Shown here one piece after another: positions 28,457-37,694 of a DNA stretch of 64,000 nucleotides; position 1 is the stretch's first letter; every line of letters starts with the position of its first letter. The stretch spans positions 1,360 through 65,359 of the forward strand of contig CAVRWH010000008.1 in assembly GCA_963724855.1 (NCBI GenBank), written 5' to 3'. A program made the translations under genes and the position numbers. The notes below the pieces were generated by a model. That model was given only the letters and a program-made list of their open reading frames with translations. It made no database searches and was not told where the DNA came from. The stretch comes from an uncultured Acidobacteriaceae bacterium. Its GTDB lineage: Bacteria > Acidobacteriota > Terriglobia > Terriglobales > Acidobacteriaceae.

Positions 28457-30040
28457 ATGTTTCCTTTCGAATTTGCGCGCTTCCGTCCATTACGCTCGCA
28501 TCCATCTCGCAATTGGATGCTTTGCCGGCTGGCTCTCGTCCTGCTGGCGATATGGACCCCTGGGATCGCCGCACAGGATTACAACCTTACCGCGGTGGAG
28601 GCCCTCATTCGCCAGGCGAAACTCGATGACGCCGACCGGCAATTGCAGGCGATCCTGCGGACCCAGCCAAACAATTCTCGCGCAATCGCACTGCTAGGCA
28701 CAGTGCGCCGCCAGCAGGGAAACTGGCCCGAAGCCGAATCGCTGTATCGCCGCGCCGTTGCCGCCAACCCAAAGTCTCTCGATGCGTGTCAAGACCTCGC
28801 TGCACTGCTGCGCGATGAGGCCCGCTGGCCGGAAACAGTTGAGCAGTACGAGTCCTGTCGCAGATTGGCGCCCCGGAATTTCGCTATCGCGGCCGATTTG
28901 GCTGCCGCATACGAGAAAAACGGCGACCCCGCAAAGTCGCTGGCCACGGTGGCGGCGATTCCGTCCGCTGCGCGCCCGACGAGCGTGCTGCCTGTGATTG
29001 CTGCCGACTTCGTGGCCACCAACCAGCCGCAGAAGGCCGATGCTGCCATCGCCGAAGTGCTGCGCCATGCCGCTGCTGATCCTGCCATCGTTCCAGCCCT
29101 GGCCAACAGCCTTCTCGATCACGGTATGGTTGACGATGCCGCACATTTGTTACGCGTCGCGCAACCGCTTCAGACATCGACTCCCGTGTTTCTGGCGACA
29201 CTGGCCAAAGTGCAGGCCGCCAGCGGCAATACCCAGGAAGCGCGCCAGACTTTCGACAAAGCAATTCGTCTCGATCCCAAGTCGCAGGACGTGCTGGCCG
29301 CCGGGGTCGCCCTTGCCATTCGCTGGGCCCAATGGGACAAGGCGCTGGAGTTTCTCGATTCGGCGCTCGCGGCCGGCCCGCCACGTACCGACCTGCTGCA
29401 GAGCGTGGTCTTCGTTGAATTGCGCAAGAATGACCTCCAAGCCGCCCACGGCATTGCGGAACGGTGGTACACGCTGCGCCCGGAAGAGACCGCCAGCGTA
29501 CTGGCGTTTGCCATTGTGCTGGTCGAGGGCAATCACTGGGGCGAAGCCAAGCCCCTGCTGGAGAAGGTTCTCGCCAAGTCTCCCAACGACAAGGGCGCAG
29601 CACTGGCGATGGGCGTGGTGCAATACAACGCCGGCAACCTTCCCGCGGCCACTAAGTATTTGACCTCCGCTCTCGGCGGCGGCCCTGACGACGCCAACGC
29701 TCATTACTTTCTGGGTCTCATCGCCAAGCAGGAGGGCAACTTTTCCTCCGCCATCACTCAGATGGAGCAATCGGTCGCCATCCGCTCGAATAACCCAAAG
29801 GCATTAGGTCAGCTCGGGCAGCTTTATTTGCAGCAGAATGATCTGCCCAAGGCCCGAGCGTCGTTGGAAACGGCTATCGCGCAGTCCCCGGAGGAGCCGC
29901 AAAACCACTACGAACTGGCACGCGTCTACAACAAACTCGGCCTGAAGGACGAAGCCGAAGCGCAACTCAAGCTCTACCAGAAGCTGCGCCCTCAGCGTCC
30001 ACAGTCGCCCGAGGGAGAAGCTCCTCCGCGGTCCCAGTAA
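28457..30040 (+). CDS. tetratricopeptide-repeat protein (exported)
   Basis: Consecutive TPR units across the whole length (e.g. ALLGTVRRQQGNWPEAESLYRRAVAANPKS, HYFLGLIAKQEGNFSSAITQMEQSVAIRSNNPKA, HYELARVYNKLGLKDEAEAQLKLY). The hydrophobic N-terminus MLCRLALVLLAIWTPGIAA suggests an alternative ATG at 28517. Confidence 0.85.
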   Translation: MFPFEFARFRPLRSHPSRNWMLCRLALVLLAIWTPGIAAQDYNLTAVEALIRQAKLDDADRQLQAILRTQPNNSRAIALLGTVRRQQGNWPEAESLYRRAVAANPKSLDACQDLAALLRDEARWPETVEQYESCRRLAPRNFAIAADLAAAYEKNGDPAKSLATVAAIPSAARPTSVLPVIAADFVATNQPQKADAAIAEVLRHAAADPAIVPALANSLLDHGMVDDAAHLLRVAQPLQTSTPVFLATLAKVQAASGNTQEARQTFDKAIRLDPKSQDVLAAGVALAIRWAQWDKALEFLDSALAAGPPRTDLLQSVVFVELRKNDLQAAHGIAERWYTLRPEETASVLAFAIVLVEGNHWGEAKPLLEKVLAKSPNDKGAALAMGVVQYNAGNLPAATKYLTSALGGGPDDANAHYFLGLIAKQEGNFSSAITQMEQSVAIRSNNPKALGQLGQLYLQQNDLPKARASLETAIAQSPEEPQNHYELARVYNKLGLKDEAEAQLKLYQKLRPQRPQSPEGEAPPRSQ

Positions 30041-30188
30041 CGCAAAATCGGTCGCAAATAAGCAGTGGCAATCTATCCATGCGCCCTGGTTTCCACAATA
30101 TCTATGTTCGATATTGTTTACTTCTGTCCGAATGTAGTTATAATGCGGACATCTGTTTTCTTGTGGGGGAATGCTCGAAATGATGCCG

Positions 30189-31235
30189 CTAGTGGCGGGA
30201 TGGCTTCGGCGCACGTCCAGTGGACTCGCGAATCACGAATTCGGGGTCTACCAGGATGCCGCCTTCGTGCCCGTTGCGGCCCTCGATGCGTTCGATCAGA
30301 GCCTCGGCCGCCATCGCACCGATCTTGCGCATGGGTTGACGGACGGTCGTGAGGCTGGGTACGTGGTACGCCGCCTCGCGAATGTCGTCGAACCCCACTA
30401 CGGAAATGTCTTCTGGAACCCGCAGTCCGGTTTCCTTGATGGCGCGGATGGCGCCCACCGCCGAAATGTCGTTGTAGGCGACCAGTGCGGTGAAGGGAAC
30501 CTTTCTCGCCAACAGCTCTTTGGTTACCGTATAACCCAACTGCGGCGAGGGATCGTCGCCCGGCAACTGGGTAATCAACGTCTCGCCCAGGCAAATGCCC
30601 ATCTGTTGCGCGACTTCGGCCAAAGCTCCCCAGCGCGCATTCGAGTCGATGCTGAGCGGCTGTCCTTTGATGACGGCAATCGCGCTGTGCCCCAGTTCAT
30701 GCAGGTGTTCCAAAACGACCTTGGCGGCTTTGGTGTGGTCAAGCGTGATGTTGGTGACGCCTTCAATGTCGAGGTGTCCGGATACCGCTATCGTAGGCAG
30801 TGCCGGCGCCGTGCTGACCGTCGTGTCGATGGTGATAAATCCCTCAGAACCACGGCTTTTCAGGATATTGGAATACTGGCTCATCATCAGTTCGTCGTGA
30901 TGATGCACGACCGTGACAAAGAAATACTTGCGCTCGCTCAGCACTTCCTCGATGCCGCTGATTACAACGCTGCCATACGCGTCGCCGATTTCAGCACAGA
31001 TCACGCCCACGGTAAACGTCCGCTTTTTCCGCAGGGTGCGGGCAAAAAAATTGGGCTGGTAGTTCAATTCCTGCGCTGCGGCAAAGATGCGGTCCTTGGT
31101 GTGTTGCGGAATCGCCTTGGCGTACGGCGAATCATTCAGCACCGCGGAAACCGTGCCCTTGGTCAATCCAAGGTGCTTGGCCAGGTCCTTCAGAGTGGTG
31201 TTTTCACGGTGAGGCGATTTGGAACGGTCTGTCAT
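30189..31235 (-). CDS. LacI-family transcriptional regulator
   Basis: N-terminal [25 protein letters not shown]...[10 protein letters not shown], then a periplasmic-binding-protein-like sugar-binding core. ATG 31235 (MTDRSK) is preferred over the ORF start at 31268. Confidence 0.9.
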   Translation of the reverse strand: MTDRSKSPHRENTTLKDLAKHLGLTKGTVSAVLNDSPYAKAIPQHTKDRIFAAAQELNYQPNFFARTLRKKRTFTVGVICAEIGDAYGSVVISGIEEVLSERKYFFVTVVHHHDELMMSQYSNILKSRGSEGFITIDTTVSTAPALPTIAVSGHLDIEGVTNITLDHTKAAKVVLEHLHELGHSAIAVIKGQPLSIDSNARWGALAEVAQQMGICLGETLITQLPGDDPSPQLGYTVTKELLARKVPFTALVAYNDISAVGAIRAIKETGLRVPEDISVVGFDDIREAAYHVPSLTTVRQPMRKIGAMAAEALIERIEGRNGHEGGILVDPEFVIRESTGRAPKPSRH

Positions 31236-31440
31236 GCCCGGGGTCAGGAGAACCTTGAATGTAACCACGAGTTAACGGACTGCGCAACAGGAATCGGCAA
31301 ATCGGTTTGGTGGAAGTGCGGTTTCGACAATCATTTGTCCCAAAATGGGAATGGAATCTGTCAGTTCCGCCCGAAATGGGACAAAAGCTGGGGAAATCGC
31401 GATGATGCGCAAAAGAACCAAAAGAATCTTGTTTTTTCTG

Positions 31441-31470
31441 TTGACAGTGGTATGGGGCAATAACATAAAT
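31441..31470 (+). promoter_or_regulatory. candidate sigma70-type promoter for the TonB-dependent receptor gene
   Basis: TTGACA (31441-31446), an 18-nt spacer, then ATAAAT (31465-31470). It lies in an AT-rich divergent intergenic region about 190 nt upstream of ATG 31657. Confidence 0.35.
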
Positions 31471-31492
31471 TAACTAGTCGCGGGGTTGTAAA

Positions 31493-31506
31493 GAAAACCG
31501 GTTCTC
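31493..31506. promoter_or_regulatory. candidate operator (14-bp imperfect palindrome)
   Basis: GAAAACCGGTTCTC has one mismatch to dyad symmetry. It lies just downstream of the candidate promoter. Confidence 0.25.
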
Positions 31507-31532
31507 TGTTTCTTAGAGAATCGATATTGCAA

Positions 31533-31546
31533 GGAAAACGTTTGAA
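31533..31546. promoter_or_regulatory. candidate LacI-family operator (central-CG palindrome)
   Basis: GGAAAACGTTTGAA contains the perfect core AAACGTTT. It matches about 11 of 14 positions of the generic LacI/CcpA-type TGWAANCGNTNWCA pattern. Confidence 0.3.
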
Positions 31547-31656
31547 TCGGTTTTTGCAGAACGCGTCTGTTTCATCTTTATCGTGTGCGGCCCGGTTGTA
31601 CTCGGCAACCGCGCGCGTGTTCTTCGTAGCGAAATCTGTTTCTGGTGGGGGAACAA

Positions 31657-34600
31657 ATGAGTCGATTGGGTAGATGGATTTTCATGTCCCTCGTAGTTGT
31701 TTCGTTGCTAGCTGTGCCTCTTGTGGCGCAGAAGACAACGGGCACACTTCGAGGAGTAGTTACTGATCCGTCTGGCGCTGTGGTTGCCAATGTCCCGGTG
31801 GTTATTGCAAACACCGAGACGGGGCAGGAACGCACCGTCACGACCAACACACAAGGCGAATACGTTGCCGCGGAACTGAACGTCGGCACCTACAAGGTGA
31901 CCGTCAAGGCTCCGAACTTCAAGGAGGCGGTGGCCAACGCCGTCGAAGTGCACACTGCCAGTACGGAAGTGGCCAACATCCAACTGCAGGTGGGCAGCAC
32001 CTCGGAGCAGGTAACGGTTGCCGCCAGCGAAATTCAAGTGCAGACCGATAACGCCGGACTGGGCGAAGTTGTCACGGGCGAGCAGGTTCGCGAACTGCCG
32101 CTGAACGGACGCAGCTTCGTGCAGTTGACGCAGTTGCAGCCGGGCGTTGCCGCTGCCAACAGTTATGACAGCCAGAACAAGGGCCTGTTGTCGGGCGTTG
32201 ATTTTGCCGTCAATGGAAACTCTTATACCAGCAATCTGTTCTTGATCGACGGCGCCAACAACAACGACGTGGGTTCGAACCGTACGATTCTTTTGTATCC
32301 CTCGATCGAAGCCATTAGCGAATTCAAAATGCTGCGCAACTCTTATGGCGCGGAATATGGCCAGGCAGCCGGCGCAGTCATCAACATCGTAACCAAGAGC
32401 GGCACCAATCAGTGGCACGGAGATGTGCTGTACTTCGGTCGCAACACGGTGCTCGATGCCTACGATTACTTCACCGCCCAGGCGAAAGCCGCGCAGCCGG
32501 ATAATCCTCTTATCAGTAAGCCAGTGGAACAGCGCAATGACTTTGGCTTCTCCGTCGGCGGACCGATCAAGAAGGACAAGCTGTTCGTTTTCTACAGCCA
32601 GGAATGGAACATCGAGCGGCGCGGCAATCCGCGCCAAGCTTGCGTTCCTACCGCTGCGGAGCGGAGCGGCGATTTCAGCAACCCGAGTTGCGGTGAGCCG
32701 CTGCCGGCCAACCTCGTATCGTACGGGCTGGCTACCGCGGCGAGCCCCTACAAGATGACATCACTGGATCCTGGTGGTGTGCTGCTCGCGCAGGAGTACC
32801 CGCTACCGAATCTGGTGTCCCCGGTGAATGGGAACAACTGGTTCGCGGCTCCGACTTCACCAATCGACTGGTCGGAATTCAACATCCGCCTCGACTACAA
32901 CATCAGTCATACCCAGACCCTGATGTTCCGCTGGACGCAGGACAGCTGGACCAACAATTCGCCCAACTTGTACAACAACCTTTGGGGCGACGATCCGTGG
33001 CCAGCGCTGGAGTCGAACTGGTCACAGCCCTCCAAGCAGATCATGGGTCGCTTGACTTCGACGATCGGAACCACGATGGTGAACGATCTCGAGTTCGCGT
33101 ACTCGGACAACCGCATTAACATCACGCCGGGCGGAACTGATCCCGCACTGCTGGCAGCCACCACAGCCGGCATTCCTCCGGTTTGGCCGATAGGATTCAA
33201 GACCTACCCCGTAGGAATTCCTGAGATCTGGGGCGGCCTTGGCAACTACGGCAGCAATAACAACCTGTGGATGATCGCACCCTGGAAGAACAGTCTGGAT
33301 ATTTACACCGTCCGTGACGACTTCTCCAAGGTCATTGGCGCGCACACTCTTAAGTTCGGCGGTTTCCTCGGTTGGGACGGCAAGAACGAGATGAACAGCG
33401 CCAACAGCAACCAGTACCCGACGTTCGGTACGGCAGATTGGGACACCAGCATGCCGACGGGTAACAACCTGGCGAACGTGCTGGCACCGGGAGCGAAGTG
33501 GGGGCTGTCAGAGCCATCCACCAACATCAACAACCACATCCGTTGGCGTGACTACGAGCTGTATGTGGCCGACAACTGGAAGGTGCGTCGTAACCTGACG
33601 TTGGACTTGGGTTTGCGTTATTCAATACTGAACCCGCCATTCAACCCGGACAATGCGGAAGGCAACTTCATTCCCTCGCTGTACAATCCGTCGCTGGGCA
33701 GCAACGGCTGCAACGGTGTCGTGGTGCCTCCCGGAACCGATTACTGTACGGCTGCGAACTCTTTGTACGGTACCAACTTCGTTGCGGGAATTCCGTATTC
33801 GAACAAGTACCTGCAGCAGACCAAGAAGAACATGTTCTCGCCGCGCATCGGCATCTCTTGGGATCCGAAGGGCGACGGCAACACGGCGATCCGCGCCGGG
33901 TTCGGCATCTTCTACCAGCGCGACCGCACGTCGGCCACTGGTTATGCTATGACGAACCAGGTTCCGTTTGTGCTGAACGCGAACGAAACCAGAACACTGG
34001 ACGGACCGAACACCTATACGGGCTTGCCGACGGGTAATGCGTCGCCCTCGGGCGGTATCGTTACCGATGCGCGTGTGCCCTACTCACTGCAGTGGAACAT
34101 GGCGGTTGAGCATGCCTTCAGTAAGGCCATGACGTTTGAAGTGGCTTATGTGGGCAACCATGCGGTTGACATTCTCAACAGCTACGACATGAACTACGTC
34201 TTGCCGGCGAATTGGCTGGCGAGCTCGTTCCTGAATGCCAACAGCGGCCAAAATGCCCTGCGGCAGTTCGGCGTCGGCAACTGGGGAAGTCTGACGGAAT
34301 GGGAACACAACGGCTCTGCCAGCTATAACTCGCTGCAGGCGCTGTTCAAGTACCAGGCGCACAAGTTCCAGGTGCAAGCCGCTTACACGTACTCGCACTC
34401 GATCGGCGACGTGATCCTGAACGATTCCTCGGGCGGTATCGGATTCCAGAGCTACTTGTATGGTCCGATGCCTCAGTTGAATCGCGGCAACACGCAGATC
34501 AACCGTCCGCAAATCTTCATTGCGAACCTCGTGTACTACCTGCCTGACCTGAAGGGCCAGAACGAAATGGTCCAGGCGGTAGCCGGCGGATGGGAACTCG

Positions 34601-35172
34601 GTGCGATCACGCAGTATGCTTCCGGAACGTCGGTATCGTTCTTCCAGAACGGCGTTGCGGATGCTGCCGGCGGGCCACTGTCGTCCCTGTTCGGAAGTGG
34701 CTACACCAACGTGCAGCGTCCGCTGGTTACGGGACAGAGCTGTACGGCGGGCACCGGTGGCGACCAGGTACTGAACCCCAATGCCGTGACGCTTGTCGGT
34801 TACCAGATCGGAACCATTCCGAACAACCTGGAGCCGATGGGTTACTGTCATGGACCGGGGCTTGTGAACACCGACTTCTCGGTGGATAAGAACTGGCGTG
34901 TCTGGGGCGAGCGTATGCGCATCCAGTTCCGCTTTGACTTCTTTAACCTGTTCAACCATGCCAACTTCAACGGTGGCAACATCAACGGTATCAATGGCGG
35001 TTCGATTGCTGCGAACGTCAACTGCGGCTCGGCGAACGCGGCCGGAGTTTACCAACAGTGCAGCACCACCAACGACATCATCACGCGCTACTCGCCAACC
35101 GGAAACCTCGGCCAGGCGACCGTGGCACGAAACGCTCGTGAAATGCAGTACGGCTTGAAGATCATCTTCTAG
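31657..35172 (+). CDS. TonB-dependent outer-membrane receptor with N-terminal carboxypeptidase-regulatory-like domain
   Basis: Signal peptide. CarboxypepD_reg-like fold (GTLRGVVTDPSGAVVANVPVVIANTETGQERTVTTNTQGEYVAAELNVGTYKVTV). Plug region (ELPLNGRSFVQLTQLQPGV). Long beta-barrel ending in the OMP-type C-terminus ..MQYGLKIIF. Confidence 0.9.
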   Translation: MSRLGRWIFMSLVVVSLLAVPLVAQKTTGTLRGVVTDPSGAVVANVPVVIANTETGQERTVTTNTQGEYVAAELNVGTYKVTVKAPNFKEAVANAVEVHTASTEVANIQLQVGSTSEQVTVAASEIQVQTDNAGLGEVVTGEQVRELPLNGRSFVQLTQLQPGVAAANSYDSQNKGLLSGVDFAVNGNSYTSNLFLIDGANNNDVGSNRTILLYPSIEAISEFKMLRNSYGAEYGQAAGAVINIVTKSGTNQWHGDVLYFGRNTVLDAYDYFTAQAKAAQPDNPLISKPVEQRNDFGFSVGGPIKKDKLFVFYSQEWNIERRGNPRQACVPTAAERSGDFSNPSCGEPLPANLVSYGLATAASPYKMTSLDPGGVLLAQEYPLPNLVSPVNGNNWFAAPTSPIDWSEFNIRLDYNISHTQTLMFRWTQDSWTNNSPNLYNNLWGDDPWPALESNWSQPSKQIMGRLTSTIGTTMVNDLEFAYSDNRINITPGGTDPALLAATTAGIPPVWPIGFKTYPVGIPEIWGGLGNYGSNNNLWMIAPWKNSLDIYTVRDDFSKVIGAHTLKFGGFLGWDGKNEMNSANSNQYPTFGTADWDTSMPTGNNLANVLAPGAKWGLSEPSTNINNHIRWRDYELYVADNWKVRRNLTLDLGLRYSILNPPFNPDNAEGNFIPSLYNPSLGSNGCNGVVVPPGTDYCTAANSLYGTNFVAGIPYSNKYLQQTKKNMFSPRIGISWDPKGDGNTAIRAGFGIFYQRDRTSATGYAMTNQVPFVLNANETRTLDGPNTYTGLPTGNASPSGGIVTDARVPYSLQWNMAVEHAFSKAMTFEVAYVGNHAVDILNSYDMNYVLPANWLASSFLNANSGQNALRQFGVGNWGSLTEWEHNGSASYNSLQALFKYQAHKFQVQAAYTYSHSIGDVILNDSSGGIGFQSYLYGPMPQLNRGNTQINRPQIFIANLVYYLPDLKGQNEMVQAVAGGWELGAITQYASGTSVSFFQNGVADAAGGPLSSLFGSGYTNVQRPLVTGQSCTAGTGGDQVLNPNAVTLVGYQIGTIPNNLEPMGYCHGPGLVNTDFSVDKNWRVWGERMRIQFRFDFFNLFNHANFNGGNINGINGGSIAANVNCGSANAAGVYQQCSTTNDIITRYSPTGNLGQATVARNAREMQYGLKIIF

Positions 35173-35200
35173 TCGGATTGCTTTCCGAGCCCTAACCTTG

Positions 35201-35241
35201 AACGGCAGCGCCTGTTACAATCAGGTGCTGCCGTTTTCCTT
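35201..35241 (+). terminator. intrinsic terminator after the TonB-dependent receptor gene
   Basis: 13-bp stem AACGGCAGCGCCT (35201-35213) / AGGTGCTGCCGTT (35223-35235) with one G-U pair and a 9-nt loop, followed by TTCCTTTGG. Confidence 0.65.
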
Positions 35242-37688
35242 TGGATGCGCTGCGCGGTCTTACTTTGGGTTTTCACTCCGTGTTTTGCAGGTTTTCCTCG
35301 ACGGTCCGAATCACTCCTGAGAACTCACGTCGCTGCACTTGCCTCCAGTGGGCGATTCTGGTCGCTGCTGCCCTGCTATGGATTTCCGGGAATTGTCCGT
35401 CAGCGGTCGGCCAACAGCCCAAGTCCGCGACGACGGCCCCGGCGAAAAAAAAGTCCGCCGCTGCGCCGGCCGTCACACCGGCAAACGACGATCTAGTCAA
35501 CCGGATCAACGCGCAGCGCGCCGCAATTCAGAGTGGTAACTCAGCTGCCGTGGAGCAGGCCAGCCGCAGGTTGACCGCCGCTGCGCTGCGCCAGATGGCC
35601 GCCTTACGCGGAGCGACAGGCGACTGGGTAAAGGCCATTGAGCTCTATCGCCAATCCATTGATCTCGACGACGTTAACGAAGTGCACCTGGAACTGGCTT
35701 GGATCTATATCGAGGCGAACCAGCCCGACAATGCCCTCGAAGAGGCCGAGAAAGTCGTCATTACCGACCCGACGAACGCCCGTGCCTGGAACATCAAGGG
35801 AAAGGCATATATCAGCAAGGAAGACTACCGTGGCGGGGCGGAGGCCTTGACCCGGTTCCTGGCGCTGCAGCGCGACGTGAACGTGCAATATGCCCTGGCC
35901 TACGCGTTGCTGAAGCTCAAAGAGAAGGACAAGGCCGAAGGCATTTTCCAGCAGATGCTGAAGGACTATGGCGACCGGGCCATCTGGCACGATGTTTTCG
36001 GCGGCGCCTATCGCGAGACCAAGTACCTCGACGAAGCAGTCCACGAGTTTGAACTGGCAGCGAAGATGGACCCCACGCTGCCCCACATCCATGCCTTCCT
36101 GGGCGAAACCATGCTGGAGAAGAACTACTGGGCTCCTTCGCCGGAAATTCTGCAGGAGTTCACGGAAGAGGTCAAAGTCTACCCAAAGGGCTACTTTGGT
36201 CACTTTTATCTGGGCGTGTTGCTTTCGCAGCAGGGGCAACTGGAAGAGGGCAATCCGCATCTGAAGGCAGCGATCGAGGCAGATGCCCAGAATCCCGATC
36301 CGTGGCTCTATCTGGGGCTCAACTACTTCAAGGTGAAGGACAATGAGAACGCTAAGGCTGATTTGCTGAAGGCGGTCGAGTTGACCGGCGCCGACCAGGC
36401 GCGGGCGAATTACCAGATTCGGCGCGCTTACATCGCGCTGGGCCGTATTCTGGCCACCACAGGCGACAAACCCGCCGGCGACGCCTACATGAAGAAGGCC
36501 CGTGAAATGAGCGATAAGGCGCTCGCCGCCAGCTCGTCGGCCATCGCGGCCGAGATGAACGAAGGGGGAATGGGGTCGTCCCCGGCGGTAATTTCCGACT
36601 CGTCGCTGCGCGCCGCTGGGATGCCTCAGGGCACGGACGCGCCGACAACTCCTGGCTCCGCCGTAGCGGAAAAGCCGCACCTCACGCCCGGGCAGCTCAA
36701 GGCGGTCGAAGAACGAGAGAAGGAACTGCGAACGGTGCTGGGAACCGCGTTCAGCGACTGGGGTACGTCCGAGGCCCGGCAGAAGAACTATGCTCGCGCT
36801 CTCGGATATTTTCATGAAGCCGAGAAGTGGGACCCGGCGACCCCGGGGTTAATGCGCAATCTAGGGCTCGCGGCATTCCGCTTGGGCGACAACCGGGAGG
36901 CAGCGCGGGCTTTGCAGGTGGAAGTGCAAAGGAATCCCCAAGATCAGGCTGCTCGCGGCATGCTGGCCATGGCCTTGTTCTCGTCGCAGCAGTTTCCCGA
37001 AGCAGTGAAGGCCTTCGACGGATTGGGCGATGGCGTCTATCGCGACCCGCGAGTGACTTACGCCTACGCTTTTTCGCTGGCGCACGCCAACGATCCGACC
37101 CGCTCGGTCGAAGTGCTTAACAAGATGATGCAGCAGCCGTTGCCGTCCGAGATGCTGATGGGCATGGCCGATCTTTACAACGTGACTCTCGACTACGACG
37201 ACGCACTAAAGGTGTACCAAAAAGTCATCGAGCAGGACCCGACATTGCCGCGGGCGCATTACTACGCGGGCGACATGCTGATCAAGCTGGGACGGCCGGA
37301 CGAGGCGATTGTGCAGTTTCAGCAGGAGATGAAGATCACGCCCGACGATCCGAACGTGCAATATCACTTCGCGTATGCGCTGTTGCAGACTTCACGGAAA
37401 GACGAGGCGACAGCCCTATTGCGGACGATCACGGCGGAGCATCCCGATAATGCGCAGGCGCAGTATCAGTTGGGCAAGACCTTACTCGACGCCGGGGAGT
37501 ACCAGCAGGCGATCGAACACCTGGAGGCTGCGGCGAAGTACGATCCCAGCCACGATTACGTCCACTACCAGTTGCAGGCAGCTTATCGCAAGGCCGGGCG
37601 GACGGCCGAGGCTGACAAGGAACTGGCCGTCTATCGCCAAATTAAAGACCAGCAACGGGACACGAAGAATCCCCAACCCAAGCAGTAG
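35241..37688 (+). CDS. large tetratricopeptide-repeat protein (exported); start uncertain
   Basis: TPR units throughout (e.g. AWNIKGKAYISKEDYRGGAEALTRFLAL, HFYLGVLLSQQGQLEEGNPHLKAAIEADAQNPD, QYQLGKTLLDAGEYQQAIEHLEAAAKYDPSH). N-terminal hydrophobic segment WAILVAAALLWISGNCPSAVG. TTG 35241 overlaps the upstream terminator, so in-frame GTG 35280 is more plausible. Confidence 0.85.
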   Translation: MDALRGLTLGFHSVFCRFSSTVRITPENSRRCTCLQWAILVAAALLWISGNCPSAVGQQPKSATTAPAKKKSAAAPAVTPANDDLVNRINAQRAAIQSGNSAAVEQASRRLTAAALRQMAALRGATGDWVKAIELYRQSIDLDDVNEVHLELAWIYIEANQPDNALEEAEKVVITDPTNARAWNIKGKAYISKEDYRGGAEALTRFLALQRDVNVQYALAYALLKLKEKDKAEGIFQQMLKDYGDRAIWHDVFGGAYRETKYLDEAVHEFELAAKMDPTLPHIHAFLGETMLEKNYWAPSPEILQEFTEEVKVYPKGYFGHFYLGVLLSQQGQLEEGNPHLKAAIEADAQNPDPWLYLGLNYFKVKDNENAKADLLKAVELTGADQARANYQIRRAYIALGRILATTGDKPAGDAYMKKAREMSDKALAASSSAIAAEMNEGGMGSSPAVISDSSLRAAGMPQGTDAPTTPGSAVAEKPHLTPGQLKAVEEREKELRTVLGTAFSDWGTSEARQKNYARALGYFHEAEKWDPATPGLMRNLGLAAFRLGDNREAARALQVEVQRNPQDQAARGMLAMALFSSQQFPEAVKAFDGLGDGVYRDPRVTYAYAFSLAHANDPTRSVEVLNKMMQQPLPSEMLMGMADLYNVTLDYDDALKVYQKVIEQDPTLPRAHYYAGDMLIKLGRPDEAIVQFQQEMKITPDDPNVQYHFAYALLQTSRKDEATALLRTITAEHPDNAQAQYQLGKTLLDAGEYQQAIEHLEAAAKYDPSHDYVHYQLQAAYRKAGRTAEADKELAVYRQIKDQQRDTKNPQPKQ

Positions 37689-37694
37689 GAGGGA

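Noticed and set aside
31470-31656. Cobalamin or another riboswitch in the leader of the TonB-dependent receptor gene.
   Set aside because: There is no B12-box-like sequence or other riboswitch core that I recognise. The adjacent LacI regulator and palindromes give a simpler explanation.
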